A stretch of 64,000 nucleotides of DNA from Legionella sp. (GCA_017306715.1 JAFKHV010000017.1:5220-69219); one strand, 5' to 3'. Shown: positions 9,409-19,888, counted from the stretch's first letter. Numbers and translations are program-made. Notes: generated by a model not told the origin, from the letters alone.

Positions 9409-11337
9409 CTATCTGCATTGAGCAATCCTTACGTCCATGTTTGTCTCCGGGCTCGGTTCATCATATTCTGGCTTCAGCCAAAAATTAAAATTATCATCGA
9501 TTTCAACGTAGGAATAAACACGTTCTATAAGAAGTCTTAAATTGAGTTCCGTATATTGATTTTCGATTTTAATTACCTGATGACACCATCCCTGTTGGAA
9601 AAGTATATGCTCTAAAAATACAGAAAAAATAAATATTTTCTGGTCGCCCGGGAGCGCCTGTAAGTCTTTAAATGCCGCATTGATAAGTATCCAATGACGG
9701 GCAATTGCCTGATATAAGACAGATTCGTTGTTGAGGTTAATATCTGCAACACGAGGGTAGTCGAAGAGTTTAGAACAGTAAAACCCTATGGTGCTGAGGT
9801 GTTTCTTACGCAGAAGCCCGGCTTGTGTTTTCTTTAAGACCAACAGCTCTGCTTTAATATCCTTAATCGCATGCCCTTCATGATATTTTTTAAATGGCGT
9901 ATGCTTCTTTAAAAAATCGGTGACTGATTTCTGAGTTAATTTCTTGCTGTTAGCTAATAAGGCTGGGGGGAGCATTTCTGCGCTGGGTTGCCCTTTTATA
10001 AGTGCTTTTGAAATGTCTTTTAACGTCTCATCTGTTAGTTCATTTTGCTCTGGATTATTTTTCATTTCATGCTGAATTACTTGAATGAGGCGCTTTTTAA
10101 ATGGTAATAAGCGTGGATCCTGTAATTGTGGTTCGCGATCTAAAAGAAAACAAAGTTGGTTTAGCCTGTAGGATTTAGTAAGACTACTCTTTCTTGCTTG
10201 GGAGAATGTTTCATGTTCCAGTTTATTGATTTTCCCAATAAAATCATCAATCATGTTTTCCACTTGGGTCGCGATGAGTGCTATTTCCGTTTTTTTAAAA
10301 TGGTTTTCGCTGGCCACAATAAAGGTTTCACTTAAGTTTTGATCTTTCTTCAAGGCAGCAATAGTTGTTTTTCTTAATCGCCGTGCCCGGTTTAATTCTA
10401 CAATATTTTTTTCCATGACTTGATCAAGATTTTCCTTCTCAGCGGGAAGGGCACGGAGGGTTAAATCATAAATTAGTTTGGGTAGCTTTTTTATACACTC
10501 CCCTTCGCAATGGGCAAAACTACTTAAGAGTAAAATATAAGCGGTCACGTGGTCACCCTGGCTGCCTTGGATCGCCGTATCTAATCGCCAATCGGAGGGA
10601 ATGAGCGATAATTCTGGAATGGAACGCACGACCATATTTTCTTCAATTATCTCTCGATACGACACGCGTGCAGTGAATTTTTTGTTGCTCACAGAATGAA
10701 GGCGGCCTAAGCTTTCCTCACCAGAATCGGAATCAGAGTCCTCCAGGTAGCTGTAGGTCTCTTGACTGCGCTGATCACACATACTAATAAAATTTCCATT
10801 TTTAAAAAAATAATTAAGATGCGTTAAATCAACTATCTCCTCCTCGTAAAGAACCTCGTTCTCATCTTCATCTAAAATCTTCTGAGCAATAGGGGAGAGC
10901 GAGGAAATTAAATCTTGCTGCTCTTGCGGAGTTAAATAAGATAAAATGGAAAGAACAACTGGGGTAATCTCCACATCCTCTTCTGGTAAAAAGTCTACTA
11001 AAAGTATTTCAAGTATATTTCTTCCATCGGGACCTCTTAAAAAGATATATTCTTTTCTTTGATCTGGGTTATCAAACGATTTAAGAATTTCCCTTACGGC
11101 GTTTAGATTCAATGTCGCATTTAATGCTGCAACATGGATGGGGTAGAAGCCTGCAAAATCGCCTGCGGGTTTTGGCGTAAAAAGATCAGCGCCATCCTTA
11201 ATGGTTTGGAAAATATTCGTATATTGAGTATAACCTTCCTCCAACTGTGCAAATAAAGAAGCCGTTTTTTCTTTAACAAGCGAATTTTTAGTGATTCTCG
11301 GGGAGCTATTGGTTTTTTTTTCAAAAAAGGTGCGCAT
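9409..11337 (-). CDS. Large hypothetical protein (642 aa), candidate translocated effector
   Basis: Long uninterrupted ORF in AT-rich DNA with no signal peptide and no family I recognise. One ankyrin-like stretch (PIHVAALNATLNLNAVREIL). Acidic C-terminal tail EYDEPSPETNMDVRIAQCR. Confidence 0.7.
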   Translation of the reverse strand: MRTFFEKKTNSSPRITKNSLVKEKTASLFAQLEEGYTQYTNIFQTIKDGADLFTPKPAGDFAGFYPIHVAALNATLNLNAVREILKSFDNPDQRKEYIFLRGPDGRNILEILLVDFLPEEDVEITPVVLSILSYLTPQEQQDLISSLSPIAQKILDEDENEVLYEEEIVDLTHLNYFFKNGNFISMCDQRSQETYSYLEDSDSDSGEESLGRLHSVSNKKFTARVSYREIIEENMVVRSIPELSLIPSDWRLDTAIQGSQGDHVTAYILLLSSFAHCEGECIKKLPKLIYDLTLRALPAEKENLDQVMEKNIVELNRARRLRKTTIAALKKDQNLSETFIVASENHFKKTEIALIATQVENMIDDFIGKINKLEHETFSQARKSSLTKSYRLNQLCFLLDREPQLQDPRLLPFKKRLIQVIQHEMKNNPEQNELTDETLKDISKALIKGQPSAEMLPPALLANSKKLTQKSVTDFLKKHTPFKKYHEGHAIKDIKAELLVLKKTQAGLLRKKHLSTIGFYCSKLFDYPRVADINLNNESVLYQAIARHWILINAAFKDLQALPGDQKIFIFSVFLEHILFQQGWCHQVIKIENQYTELNLRLLIERVYSYVEIDDNFNFWLKPEYDEPSPETNMDVRIAQCR

Positions 11338-11685
11338 AATTGAAAATCCTTAGGAATGAGTAATACAGATATTAACTCGAATGAGATGATTTTTAAGTAA
11401 ATTATTGTGGTTATCTATAGATCTTGATGGTCATTTTGTGCTGGATTTTATCATTAATTTTACTGATAATCACGGATATCGAGAAACTAACTGAGATGAC
11501 TCCAAGATCTTCTTAACTTTTAGATCGTAACTTGAAAATCCAAAAAGCTTGGAAGTAACCAAGTTGTTCCCATGCCACTAACTCATGTGCGCAAGTTACA
11601 CGAGCGATTTGTGGACATAGGATGAGGAGAGCTTGTAATTAGGCCACCCAGATATAACCGGGATGGCCATACAATCTAACATGGG

Positions 11686-13521
11686 CTATGGTGTAATTCG
11701 GCATAGCTCGTTTGGTGCGCACGTGGAATATTGGTCTAAATACATTAAAAAATTTGCGGAGACATCCCGTAAAGATTCATCAGACAGTTCTTTATCTAAA
11801 AGTTGTGCCAGAAGCATTGTTCGGAACGAATGAGGGTGAGTATTCCCATTTTCTGTATTCTGCAGATAATCAACTACATTATGTTTTTGCTCTTCGATTG
11901 TTAGACTTTTATTAAAAGTTGCTCTGAATGAATTTGCGCGCCTTATGCCTTTTTCTCCATGGACATGGAAAAGGCAGAAACGAATGCCGCGGGTATATAA
12001 TTCATAGGCTTTGTAAGTGGTGGTAATTGCCGTTGAGATTTTATCTTGATTTTTTTCTGAAGAATTAATTGCTGGCTTGGGCTGCTCTGGGATTTCTATG
12101 CTTTTTAGAGGAGCTGCTGCATCTTCTGGTTGAGAAATATTAGAGTGTTCCTTGTGAATTACATCAGTAGGCTCAGGAGCGCTCTCTTCATTTATATTTG
12201 CAGGAGATACGGGTGGAAGACCCATTCGCAACTCTTCTTCACGAATATAATCGGCTATCTCTTTTATTTCGAGTAGAGATTGCCATTTATACCCGGGTAG
12301 AAAATCATGGCGTTTTAGAATAGTCAAAATAGCTATGAAGGCGTTAAACTTTTGCTCCTTGTCTTCTTCGACATCAAAATTACGTATGTCGACTATCCTC
12401 CTCATGTATTCTTTTATGTAATCCTGCGTAAGTTCATTTGTTGACTGCGCAAAATGATAAATCGCGTCAATATTTTGGGTGAGAAGATGAAAAAATACCT
12501 CTTTGTGCTTGTGTTGCAGTGCCAGGCTGTACCATCTATCCTTTTTTTCAAAATCAAATAATAGTTGATGATTAAACGGATAAGTTGATTGAAGAAATTG
12601 AAGCGTTTTTGGATCATCATTTCCAATGATTACCTGCTCATAAAGAGCATAGAGCTTTTTGGGGGAGGGTTTATAGTCTTCAACTAGAATTTTTAAATAG
12701 CTTACATGACCATTTAGAGCGGCTAGAGTAAAGGCCTCACGATAACATTTTTTATCCGGCTTAAAGTTATTTATATTAAATAAATTCCTAAGTCCTCTGA
12801 GACAATCTGTAGCCCCTTGTTGTGCTGAAGATTTAAATAAAGCAAGGCATTTATTTTGAACTTCAGGCATTATTTGAAAATTAAATGAAGGTTTTAAATG
12901 GGTTAATACTGCTACCGAATTACCCAAAATTGCTTGAACATAAATCTCAAAATCATTATTTTTTAATAAATTTTTAGTATATGCTTTATCCCCACCATTA
13001 TGTAAGATTTTTGTTTCTAATTGTATAACACAATTTAAATCATTGTGACGTACTGCTAATCCGTAAATTTCTTTTTGTATAAAAGATTTCAAATATTTAT
13101 AAGGTACTGTTAATCCGTACCTTTCTTTTTGAGTATTTTCGTCATTAATTTTCTCTGCATCAATTTCTTCTACTAATTCGACTAAATCCTGTAATTGCTG
13201 GGAGCTTTGCGTTCTAATTAAAATTTCTGCAAGTTGGATTACATTGAGCTTCATGTCTTTCATTAAATTTAAGCATTTATCTAATCCTAAATCGGGAGTG
13301 TGTATGAGTACACAATAAAGATGCTTTATAGAATATTCGTGATTTTTTGTCAGTTTACAATCTTTTTCAAGGAAGAAGCCAGAGTGCAACGAGAGGATAA
13401 GTTGGCTTATTTCATCCAGTTCCCCATTAAAATAAGTATGATCAAACCATTCTTTGTCAAGGATTCTCTGAGCTTGAGGATGACTTTTTCGCTCTTCTTC
13501 GGTGTTAAATCTGATGCCCAT
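11686..13521 (-). CDS. Large hypothetical protein (611 aa), candidate translocated effector
   Basis: Long ORF in AT-rich DNA with no signal peptide. Ankyrin-like stretch FTLAALNGHVSYLKILVEDY. C-terminal module GIRFCLFHVHGEKGIRRANSF...HPHSFRTMLLAQLL that I cannot assign. Confidence 0.7.
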   Translation of the reverse strand: MGIRFNTEEERKSHPQAQRILDKEWFDHTYFNGELDEISQLILSLHSGFFLEKDCKLTKNHEYSIKHLYCVLIHTPDLGLDKCLNLMKDMKLNVIQLAEILIRTQSSQQLQDLVELVEEIDAEKINDENTQKERYGLTVPYKYLKSFIQKEIYGLAVRHNDLNCVIQLETKILHNGGDKAYTKNLLKNNDFEIYVQAILGNSVAVLTHLKPSFNFQIMPEVQNKCLALFKSSAQQGATDCLRGLRNLFNINNFKPDKKCYREAFTLAALNGHVSYLKILVEDYKPSPKKLYALYEQVIIGNDDPKTLQFLQSTYPFNHQLLFDFEKKDRWYSLALQHKHKEVFFHLLTQNIDAIYHFAQSTNELTQDYIKEYMRRIVDIRNFDVEEDKEQKFNAFIAILTILKRHDFLPGYKWQSLLEIKEIADYIREEELRMGLPPVSPANINEESAPEPTDVIHKEHSNISQPEDAAAPLKSIEIPEQPKPAINSSEKNQDKISTAITTTYKAYELYTRGIRFCLFHVHGEKGIRRANSFRATFNKSLTIEEQKHNVVDYLQNTENGNTHPHSFRTMLLAQLLDKELSDESLRDVSANFLMYLDQYSTCAPNELCRITP

Positions 13522-13630
13522 AATGTTCTTCTTGATGTTATTGTAAGTGGCAGAAATTTAACACAAATAACTTTCAATCCGCAAATAAATTTGCTTTAGT
13601 GTTGCTAAAATTAACAAGAAGGCGGAATCA

Positions 13631-15097
13631 TTATCCGATTACAATCCTTTGACCCGCATGGGCTGCATCATTCCAACGCATACCCGGATTTAAACGGAGC
13701 AAATAGGGGAGGCGCACGCCATTTTTTTGGGCAATCTGCTGCATGGTCTCACCGCGATGGGCGTAATAGTATTTTGCAGGTGAGACGGTTTTTTTCCAAA
13801 TAATCAGTTGCTGTCCGGTGCGTAAGCGTTGATAAGTGGACATTTTATTCCAGGTTTGTATTTCTTTTGTGGTTACCCCATACAGCCGCTCCAGGTGTGT
13901 GTACGTATCAGTGCCTTGCACGATATGAATTACGCGACGGCTCGTTCCCTCTTTTAATGGTTTTGGGATGGCTATTTTATTGCTATTCGGACTGTAGGGG
14001 GTGGTGACCGCGATCGCAATTTCTTTTTTAGGGATAAGCGGTGCATTTTTCGTGCTGGGGATTAAAATGGCCTGCTGTGGTTTTACCTGATTATTTTTCA
14101 ACTGATTGAGTTCTTTAATCAGATTGACGGTCGTATGATAACGAGAGGCGATTAAGGATAAATCATCACCAGGCTTTACCACGTGTTTTGTCCAGCTTAC
14201 TCTTTTTTCAAAAGGGAAATGAGCCAGGTTAAAATTAAATTGCTGTACTTTTTCGGCTGGAATAAGCAATTTAAAGGGTTTATAAGGTGCCGTGGTCCAG
14301 CGGTTATAACCTGGGTTTAATTTGATTAATTCCTTATAACTAATCCCTGCAAGTTTGGCTGCATGGCTTAAATCAATCTGACTACCAATATTTACTTCTT
14401 CGAAATAAGGCAGATAAGGAATTTCGGGGAGTGAAATTTTATAGCGCTGGGGGTTTTGAATAATTTCAGCTAGAGCCAAAAGCCTGGGGACATAAACTTG
14501 AGTTTCCCGCGGTACGGGTAGATCCCAAAAGCTCACATTAGGAGAGGCCGCTTTGATGAGGCGCGAAATAGTTCCTTCTCCAGCATCGTAAGAGGCAATA
14601 GCAAATATCCAGTTTCCCGAAAAAAATTGCTGCAAATACTGTAAATAATTAAGTGCGGCATCGGTAGAGGGGCGAATACTGCGACGACCGTCAAACCACC
14701 AATCTTGTTTGAGACCCAAATCAGCTCCGGTACGGGGCATCAATTGCCAAAGGCCTGCCGCTCCGACACCGGAATAAGCAAATGGGTCGTAAGCACTCTC
14801 GATCATGGGTAAAAGCGCAAGCTCTCCGGGAAGATTTCTTTTTTTGATTTCCCCAAGGATATGATAAATATAGGGTTCTGATTGTCGGCATACTTGTTGT
14901 AAGTAGCTAGGATGGTTTACTATCCAGTGAATTTGCTGTTGCACCTCAGCCCTGGAGGTTTCATGGTTTAGCTGGAATTGATGTCGTAATACATCCCAAA
15001 CATCCGGTGTGGTCTGCGCAAAAGCATTGATTGTGGCAAACCAAAAAAACAACCAATTTAAAATAACGTTTTTTATTATTGGTACATAAAACTTCAA
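13631..15097 (-). CDS. mltD: Membrane-bound lytic murein transglycosylase D (SLT domain + LysM repeats)
   Basis: Signal peptide, SLT catalytic region MIESAYDPFAYSGVGAAGLWQLMP, and C-terminal LysM-like repeats (VKPGDDLSLIASRY, VQGTDTYTHLERLYG, HRGETMQQIAQKNG). Adjacent to gloB, as in E. coli. Confidence 0.85.
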   Translation of the reverse strand: MKFYVPIIKNVILNWLFFWFATINAFAQTTPDVWDVLRHQFQLNHETSRAEVQQQIHWIVNHPSYLQQVCRQSEPYIYHILGEIKKRNLPGELALLPMIESAYDPFAYSGVGAAGLWQLMPRTGADLGLKQDWWFDGRRSIRPSTDAALNYLQYLQQFFSGNWIFAIASYDAGEGTISRLIKAASPNVSFWDLPVPRETQVYVPRLLALAEIIQNPQRYKISLPEIPYLPYFEEVNIGSQIDLSHAAKLAGISYKELIKLNPGYNRWTTAPYKPFKLLIPAEKVQQFNFNLAHFPFEKRVSWTKHVVKPGDDLSLIASRYHTTVNLIKELNQLKNNQVKPQQAILIPSTKNAPLIPKKEIAIAVTTPYSPNSNKIAIPKPLKEGTSRRVIHIVQGTDTYTHLERLYGVTTKEIQTWNKMSTYQRLRTGQQLIIWKKTVSPAKYYYAHRGETMQQIAQKNGVRLPYLLRLNPGMRWNDAAHAGQRIVIG

Positions 15098-15211
15098 TGA
15101 ACTTGCCCGTGTTTTATCAGCGGATGCGTAGTTTACTAAAAAATAAGCCAGGATAAAACCCTTGGTGTTTTTAATTTAAACAAATAGGGGTATCAAATGA
15201 CTTCTCAAGCG

Positions 15212-15973
15212 TTATTTGAAAACATTTTTCTGATCCCGTAAGATACAAAACACCTCAAATGGAGTCTGTGCTCGAGCAAACTGATTGGCAAATGCTTTTA
15301 CTGCAGGTTCATGCACACGGAAAAAAGGGTTAATCTGTAATTCATGTGTAAGAGTTGAAGGTAGGGAGCAGGGCGTGGGCTGCTGTTCCAGCTGTTTTAA
15401 GGCGCGACGAACTTCCTGATTCTGTGGTTCCACCAACTGTGCAAACCGTAGATTTGTGTGTGTATACTCATGGGCGCAAAAGACCTGAGTTGCGCTGGGT
15501 AAATTTTTTAATTGGTTTAAGGAATGAAACAACTCCTCCAGGGTTCCATCAAAAACACGACCACAACCGGCAGAAAATAACGTATCGCCACAAAAGAGCC
15601 AACCTTGCTCGGCCTCATAATAACAGATATGAGTTGAGGTATGGCCTGGGGTATTTAGGATTTGCCAATGATAACCCCCATAAGTAAAATTTTTGCCCGG
15701 AATGAGCGTCTGTGTTAGATGAGGCAGGCGAGTTTCGTAAACACCATAGGTTTCACAATCGGGGAAAGCATGCACTAGATCCGTGACACCACCGATATGA
15801 TCTGCATGATGGTGAGTCAAGAATATTGCCGCAAGTTTCTGCTGATTCGTTTTCATAAAGGACAGAACCGGAGTTGCTGTTCCAGGATCAATACAAATGA
15901 ACGCATTTCCCGCTTTCATGTGGATGAGCCAAATATAGTTATCAGAAAAAGCTGGAATAGCAATGGGTTGCAT
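15212..15973 (-). CDS. gloB: Hydroxyacylglutathione hydrolase (glyoxalase II)
   Basis: Metallo-beta-lactamase motif THHHADHIGG, TPGHTSTHICYY and CAHEYT. Confidence 0.9.
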   Translation of the reverse strand: MQPIAIPAFSDNYIWLIHMKAGNAFICIDPGTATPVLSFMKTNQQKLAAIFLTHHHADHIGGVTDLVHAFPDCETYGVYETRLPHLTQTLIPGKNFTYGGYHWQILNTPGHTSTHICYYEAEQGWLFCGDTLFSAGCGRVFDGTLEELFHSLNQLKNLPSATQVFCAHEYTHTNLRFAQLVEPQNQEVRRALKQLEQQPTPCSLPSTLTHELQINPFFRVHEPAVKAFANQFARAQTPFEVFCILRDQKNVFK

Positions 15974-15974
15974 T

Positions 15975-16805
15975 TTAGAACACCTCTATGCTAAATGTTG
16001 CATGGCCGGAATTAAAATAATTTTTCAAAAAGGAACAGACGGTTTTCATTTCTTCGGCGAAAGTATAGGGTGGATTAATTATCCAAAGTCCCGTTCCCGT
16101 CATGCCCACCATCGCGGGATCATTTAGATTAAATTCGATACGGATACGGTTCGCACCGTTGATTGCTTGCATTCCACGGTCAAGCTTATTGACTAAAAAT
16201 CTATCGACAATAGGGTACCAGATGCAATAAACACCCGTCGCAAAACGTGAGTAGGCCGCCTGTACTGCTTGGGCAATCGTTTTATATTCATCCTTAACTT
16301 CATAGGCGGGATCGATAAAAATTAATCCCCGCTTCTCAGGAGGAGGAAGCATCGCCTTTAATGCGGCAAGGCCATCGTCAGGACTAAAATGTACCCGTTT
16401 ACCTTGGGTGTCGAGCTGGTTTAATTCCTCAAATTCGCGTGGATGAAGTTCGCAGAAAAACATTCGATCCTGATCACGCAACAGATTAATCGCAATCATC
16501 GGTGAGCCAGGATAATAGCGTAGTTCAGAGTGTAAATTAACTTGATTAATCATCTGCAAGTAAGGTTGGAGCAGGCTTGGCGCTTTTTTACGTTCAGTCC
16601 ATATTTGCTGGATCCCTTTTTTATATTCGCCCGTTTTAATGGCCTGTCGATCACGAAAATCGTAAAATCCTTTACCCGCATGTGTTTCTAAATAGAACAA
16701 AGGTTTTTCTTTGAGCGTTAAATAGGAGAGGAGTCGTGTTAAAGCAATATGCTTCAATACATCCGCATAATTTCCAGCATGGTAACCGTGTTGATAGCTC
16801 AGCAT
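15975..16805 (-). CDS. rlmJ: 23S rRNA (adenine2030-N6)-methyltransferase RlmJ
   Basis: MLSYQHGYHAGNYADVLKH...YYPGSP...IDPAYE...RFATGVYCIWYP is colinear with E. coli RlmJ. Confidence 0.85.
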   Translation of the reverse strand: MLSYQHGYHAGNYADVLKHIALTRLLSYLTLKEKPLFYLETHAGKGFYDFRDRQAIKTGEYKKGIQQIWTERKKAPSLLQPYLQMINQVNLHSELRYYPGSPMIAINLLRDQDRMFFCELHPREFEELNQLDTQGKRVHFSPDDGLAALKAMLPPPEKRGLIFIDPAYEVKDEYKTIAQAVQAAYSRFATGVYCIWYPIVDRFLVNKLDRGMQAINGANRIRIEFNLNDPAMVGMTGTGLWIINPPYTFAEEMKTVCSFLKNYFNSGHATFSIEVF

Positions 16806-16918
16806 GAGTCAAAATTCCGCAATATAGAAGACGCGAGTATAGCAGATTACGATATTAATTTCGGTATTCTTTACTTAAATTGACTATACTCAAGATAAAG
16901 ATGCTGGTGGAGAAAAAA

Positions 16919-17113
16919 ATGGAACTACACGAAGAATATGATGACCAAACCTTCTCCGATTTAAATTACGAAGAAGAAACGACTGAGCTTTCACATCGTA
17001 AAAATGTGAGAAGGCTTTTAGAGGAGCGTCTCGAGCGTAAACGATTGCAGGAAGAATTTAAAGACGATTTCGATGAACTGGACGCAGATTTTGACTGGAA
17101 TGAGGATAAATAG
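16919..17113 (+). CDS. Small acidic protein, possibly PA3496-family envelope-integrity protein
   Basis: The ATG at 16919 has GGAG 7 nt upstream. MELHEEYDDQTFSDL...RRLLEERLERKRLQEEFKDDFDELD resembles the small acidic family with an RR-LEERRL-ELxD core. The family assignment is from memory only. Confidence 0.45.
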   Translation: MELHEEYDDQTFSDLNYEEETTELSHRKNVRRLLEERLERKRLQEEFKDDFDELDADFDWNEDK

Positions 17114-17126
17114 ATAAGCCCCATTA

Positions 17127-17990
17127 TCAAGCCTCGTTAGCAGGATTCATTTGAGCTGCCATCAAGGTATTTTCCAACAGACTAATTACCGTCATCGGGC
17201 CCACACCCCCTGGTACAGGCGTAAGCCAGGAAACTCGGTTATACGCTTCATTAAAATTTACATCACCGCGAATTGTACCGTGTTCCAGGCGATGAATCCC
17301 GACATCAATGACGATTTGCTCTTTATGCAGCCAGTCAGGGTGCACTACATCAATTTGCCCTGCAGCGACTATAAGAATTTCTGCCTGACGAACATGTGCC
17401 TGAAGGTCTTGGGTAAAACGATGACAAATTGTCACGGTGGCGCCAGCCATTAATAACTCAAGACTCATAGGACGACCAACAATATTGGAAGCGCCAATAA
17501 CTACGGCATGTTTGCCAGTTATGGCAAGATTGTAGTGGTTTAATAGGCTCATAATCCCTTTGGGGGTACAAGGCCTCAAAAGAGGGTTGCGTTGAGCCAA
17601 TCGTCCAAGATTGTACGGATGAAAACCATCTACATCTTTACTAGGATGGATATGTTCAAGCACGAGCCTTTCGTTAATATGTTCGGGAAGAGGGAGCTGT
17701 ACCAAAATCCCGTCGACTACGGGGTCAGAATTTAAACGGTGTAAAAGGTTAAGAAGCTCTTCTTGACTTGTCGTCGTAGGTAAATCATATGCGTATGACA
17801 CCATGCCCACTTCAGTGCAGGCTTTGCGTTTATTGGTGACATAAATTGTGGAGGCTTGATCATTACCCACCAAGATTACGGCCAGCGCGGGTGTTCGTCC
17901 ATGCTCTCGTTTGAATTGATTAATTTCCTCTGCCAATCGTAGACGCCGTGATACGGCTAAGGCTTTCCCATCAAGAATTGCAGCTGACAT
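17127..17990 (-). CDS. folD: Bifunctional methylenetetrahydrofolate dehydrogenase/cyclohydrolase
   Basis: [12 protein letters not shown]...[14 protein letters not shown]...VDGFHPYN...PCTPKG...[11 protein letters not shown]...[11 protein letters not shown]. Confidence 0.9.
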   Translation of the reverse strand: MSAAILDGKALAVSRRLRLAEEINQFKREHGRTPALAVILVGNDQASTIYVTNKRKACTEVGMVSYAYDLPTTTSQEELLNLLHRLNSDPVVDGILVQLPLPEHINERLVLEHIHPSKDVDGFHPYNLGRLAQRNPLLRPCTPKGIMSLLNHYNLAITGKHAVVIGASNIVGRPMSLELLMAGATVTICHRFTQDLQAHVRQAEILIVAAGQIDVVHPDWLHKEQIVIDVGIHRLEHGTIRGDVNFNEAYNRVSWLTPVPGGVGPMTVISLLENTLMAAQMNPANEA

Positions 17991-18109
17991 AGTACTCCCA
18001 ATAAATTAAGGTCTGATTATGTAGGAGCAATTGCGGTATTGCAAGCCTCAATGGGAACATTTCAGTACGCACGTTTTCGGTGCTAGTGCGTTATTTTTTA
18101 GCCGTTAAT

Positions 18110-19888
18110 CTAGGCTAATAACTTCGCAATTTCTTTAATGTTACCCCGCAGTAGTAAATCCTGTGGCGCCCAAAAATCCGGCCAAAAACTTTGCAATGCG
18201 GTGAGATAATGATGACCAAAATCAGGACTTAATTGAATGAGTGCCTCGGCACATTTTATAAATTTAGACGCTTGAAAAGGTCTTTGTTTCTGAGATGATT
18301 CTTGATTGTTGAGCATTTGCGCATACATTTGCTGAAAATGAGTATTAAGCATTGCCGGCACTGGGGTATTTCCATCATATAAACGATGATCGGCACTAAT
18401 GGATATCGGGAGATGATCCTGAACCTCAAATTCATTTATTTTTTTATTCCATACTTGTCGACGCTCGACTTGCAGCATAACAAATTTCATCACTTCATTT
18501 TTAAAAAGGGGAGATTTAGCAACGGTGTAGCCCCAGGGACCTACATTGCTTAATGTTGCGACCGGATTACCCGGCAGTGGGTATCCATAAACAGCCTCGC
18601 TAAAATCGTAGAGCTTTTTGGGATCTAATGATTTTAAATGAGGATAATAGGACTCGAGTTCTTCACGTCGTTTATAGCAGTACACCATCATAGGAATAAT
18701 GTCGCGTATGCGAGTTGCTAATTCACCGTGATGCCATTGGTGACAATTAGCAAAAGCAATGGTCGCGATGTGATCACGACAACCGGGTAATTGTACGATA
18801 ATGCCCGTGTAGGCGTCTTGACTGCGAAATAACTTTTTTCCATGGATGTAGACACGGTATTCTTCATGTTCAGCAAGCCAGCAGCTCATTGTTTGCAACA
18901 TCAATGTGGTCAAAGTCTCAGGAGGAAATTTTTTACTGAAAAAATCCAGCGCGCTGATATTGATATTGGATTGAGAGAACATTGTGGCGTCGCTGCTGTT
19001 ATCCCATTGAGACATTAACAGCTGGCGCATAGGGGTCATGGGAATTTCTTCCTGTGAATCACCATATTCTTTAACCAGGGGGAGCAAGTTATCCGCCAAA
19101 TGCATGAGCGCTTGCCATTTTTTCCCAGGACGCAAGTTGATTTTTTGTAATTGACTTTGATGTTTCTGGTGTAATGCTTGGATAAAATGAGTCGCTTCGG
19201 CAACCCCGAGCAGATTGGTTGTTGCTACCAGATAACGGTGTTGTAGAAAGAAGTTATGTAATAATTTATCTTCAAAATGAAGGAGCTTTTCTCTCATAAC
19301 TTCTGCCGCCGGCAAGCCAACATCCTGGTAAAGATCCGCCTCACACACATGACGATGTTCATCAGCAAGAATCGCTGAAAATACTTTCGGAGCAATGTTT
19401 TGGCGCATAAAGCATTTAAACGCTTCTTCTATCCAGCCTTCAGCGACCAGATTTAAAAGCATGATTGCCGCTTTCGGGCACTCTTCTTCTCGAACAAAAT
19501 TACAAAGCTCTTCAATGGCTGTATTGTATGCTGGTGGGAGATTGTATGGAGCGCATAGTAAGTAAACAATTTTAGTAAAAACTAATCCATGAAAAATCTC
19601 ATCCAGTAATTGGGCGCGCATACGCTGTTGATTTTCTTTAGAGATCATTTTATCCGCAAATTTAAGCGGTATTTGAATTGCTAAAACTTCAAGTTGGGCC
19701 AACATTGAAAACGCATAGACATAAAGTATTTTTTCATGTTCTAGTTCAAAGGGTAATCCTTCAGCAAAAAGGACGTTGAGACGAGTCGTTATCGTCTCCT
19801 TTTCTGCAGAAGTAAGTACAGCCCAGCCTTCTGCAATCCATTTTTCTGAACCCCAAACAGGGTTTAACAATGCGCGCATTTCATCCAT
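18110..19888 (-). CDS. Fusion protein: N-terminal ferritin-like di-iron carboxylate domain + C-terminal 2-oxoacid-dehydrogenase-type (CAT-fold) acyltransferase domain
   Basis: The N-terminal half carries the E...ExxH...E...ExxH ligand pattern (AQLEVLA, LLDEIFHG, VAEGWIEEAF, LADEHRHV). The C-terminal half ends with the E2-type catalytic motif ISISADHRLYDG (DHRxxDG). AAGGAA RBS. Only 14 nt downstream of the previous gene. Confidence 0.6.
   Translation of the reverse strand: MDEMRALLNPVWGSEKWIAEGWAVLTSAEKETITTRLNVLFAEGLPFELEHEKILYVYAFSMLAQLEVLAIQIPLKFADKMISKENQQRMRAQLLDEIFHGLVFTKIVYLLCAPYNLPPAYNTAIEELCNFVREEECPKAAIMLLNLVAEGWIEEAFKCFMRQNIAPKVFSAILADEHRHVCEADLYQDVGLPAAEVMREKLLHFEDKLLHNFFLQHRYLVATTNLLGVAEATHFIQALHQKHQSQLQKINLRPGKKWQALMHLADNLLPLVKEYGDSQEEIPMTPMRQLLMSQWDNSSDATMFSQSNINISALDFFSKKFPPETLTTLMLQTMSCWLAEHEEYRVYIHGKKLFRSQDAYTGIIVQLPGCRDHIATIAFANCHQWHHGELATRIRDIIPMMVYCYKRREELESYYPHLKSLDPKKLYDFSEAVYGYPLPGNPVATLSNVGPWGYTVAKSPLFKNEVMKFVMLQVERRQVWNKKINEFEVQDHLPISISADHRLYDGNTPVPAMLNTHFQQMYAQMLNNQESSQKQRPFQASKFIKCAEALIQLSPDFGHHYLTALQSFWPDFWAPQDLLLRGNIKEIAKLLA

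Noticed and set aside
18068-18100. Hairpin ACGCAC...GTGCGT followed by TATTTTTT, between folD and the di-iron/acyltransferase gene.
   Set aside because: The U-tract is on the plus strand, whereas both flanking genes are on the minus strand. The stem is only 6 bp with a 14-nt loop, so it is not a convincing terminator for either gene.
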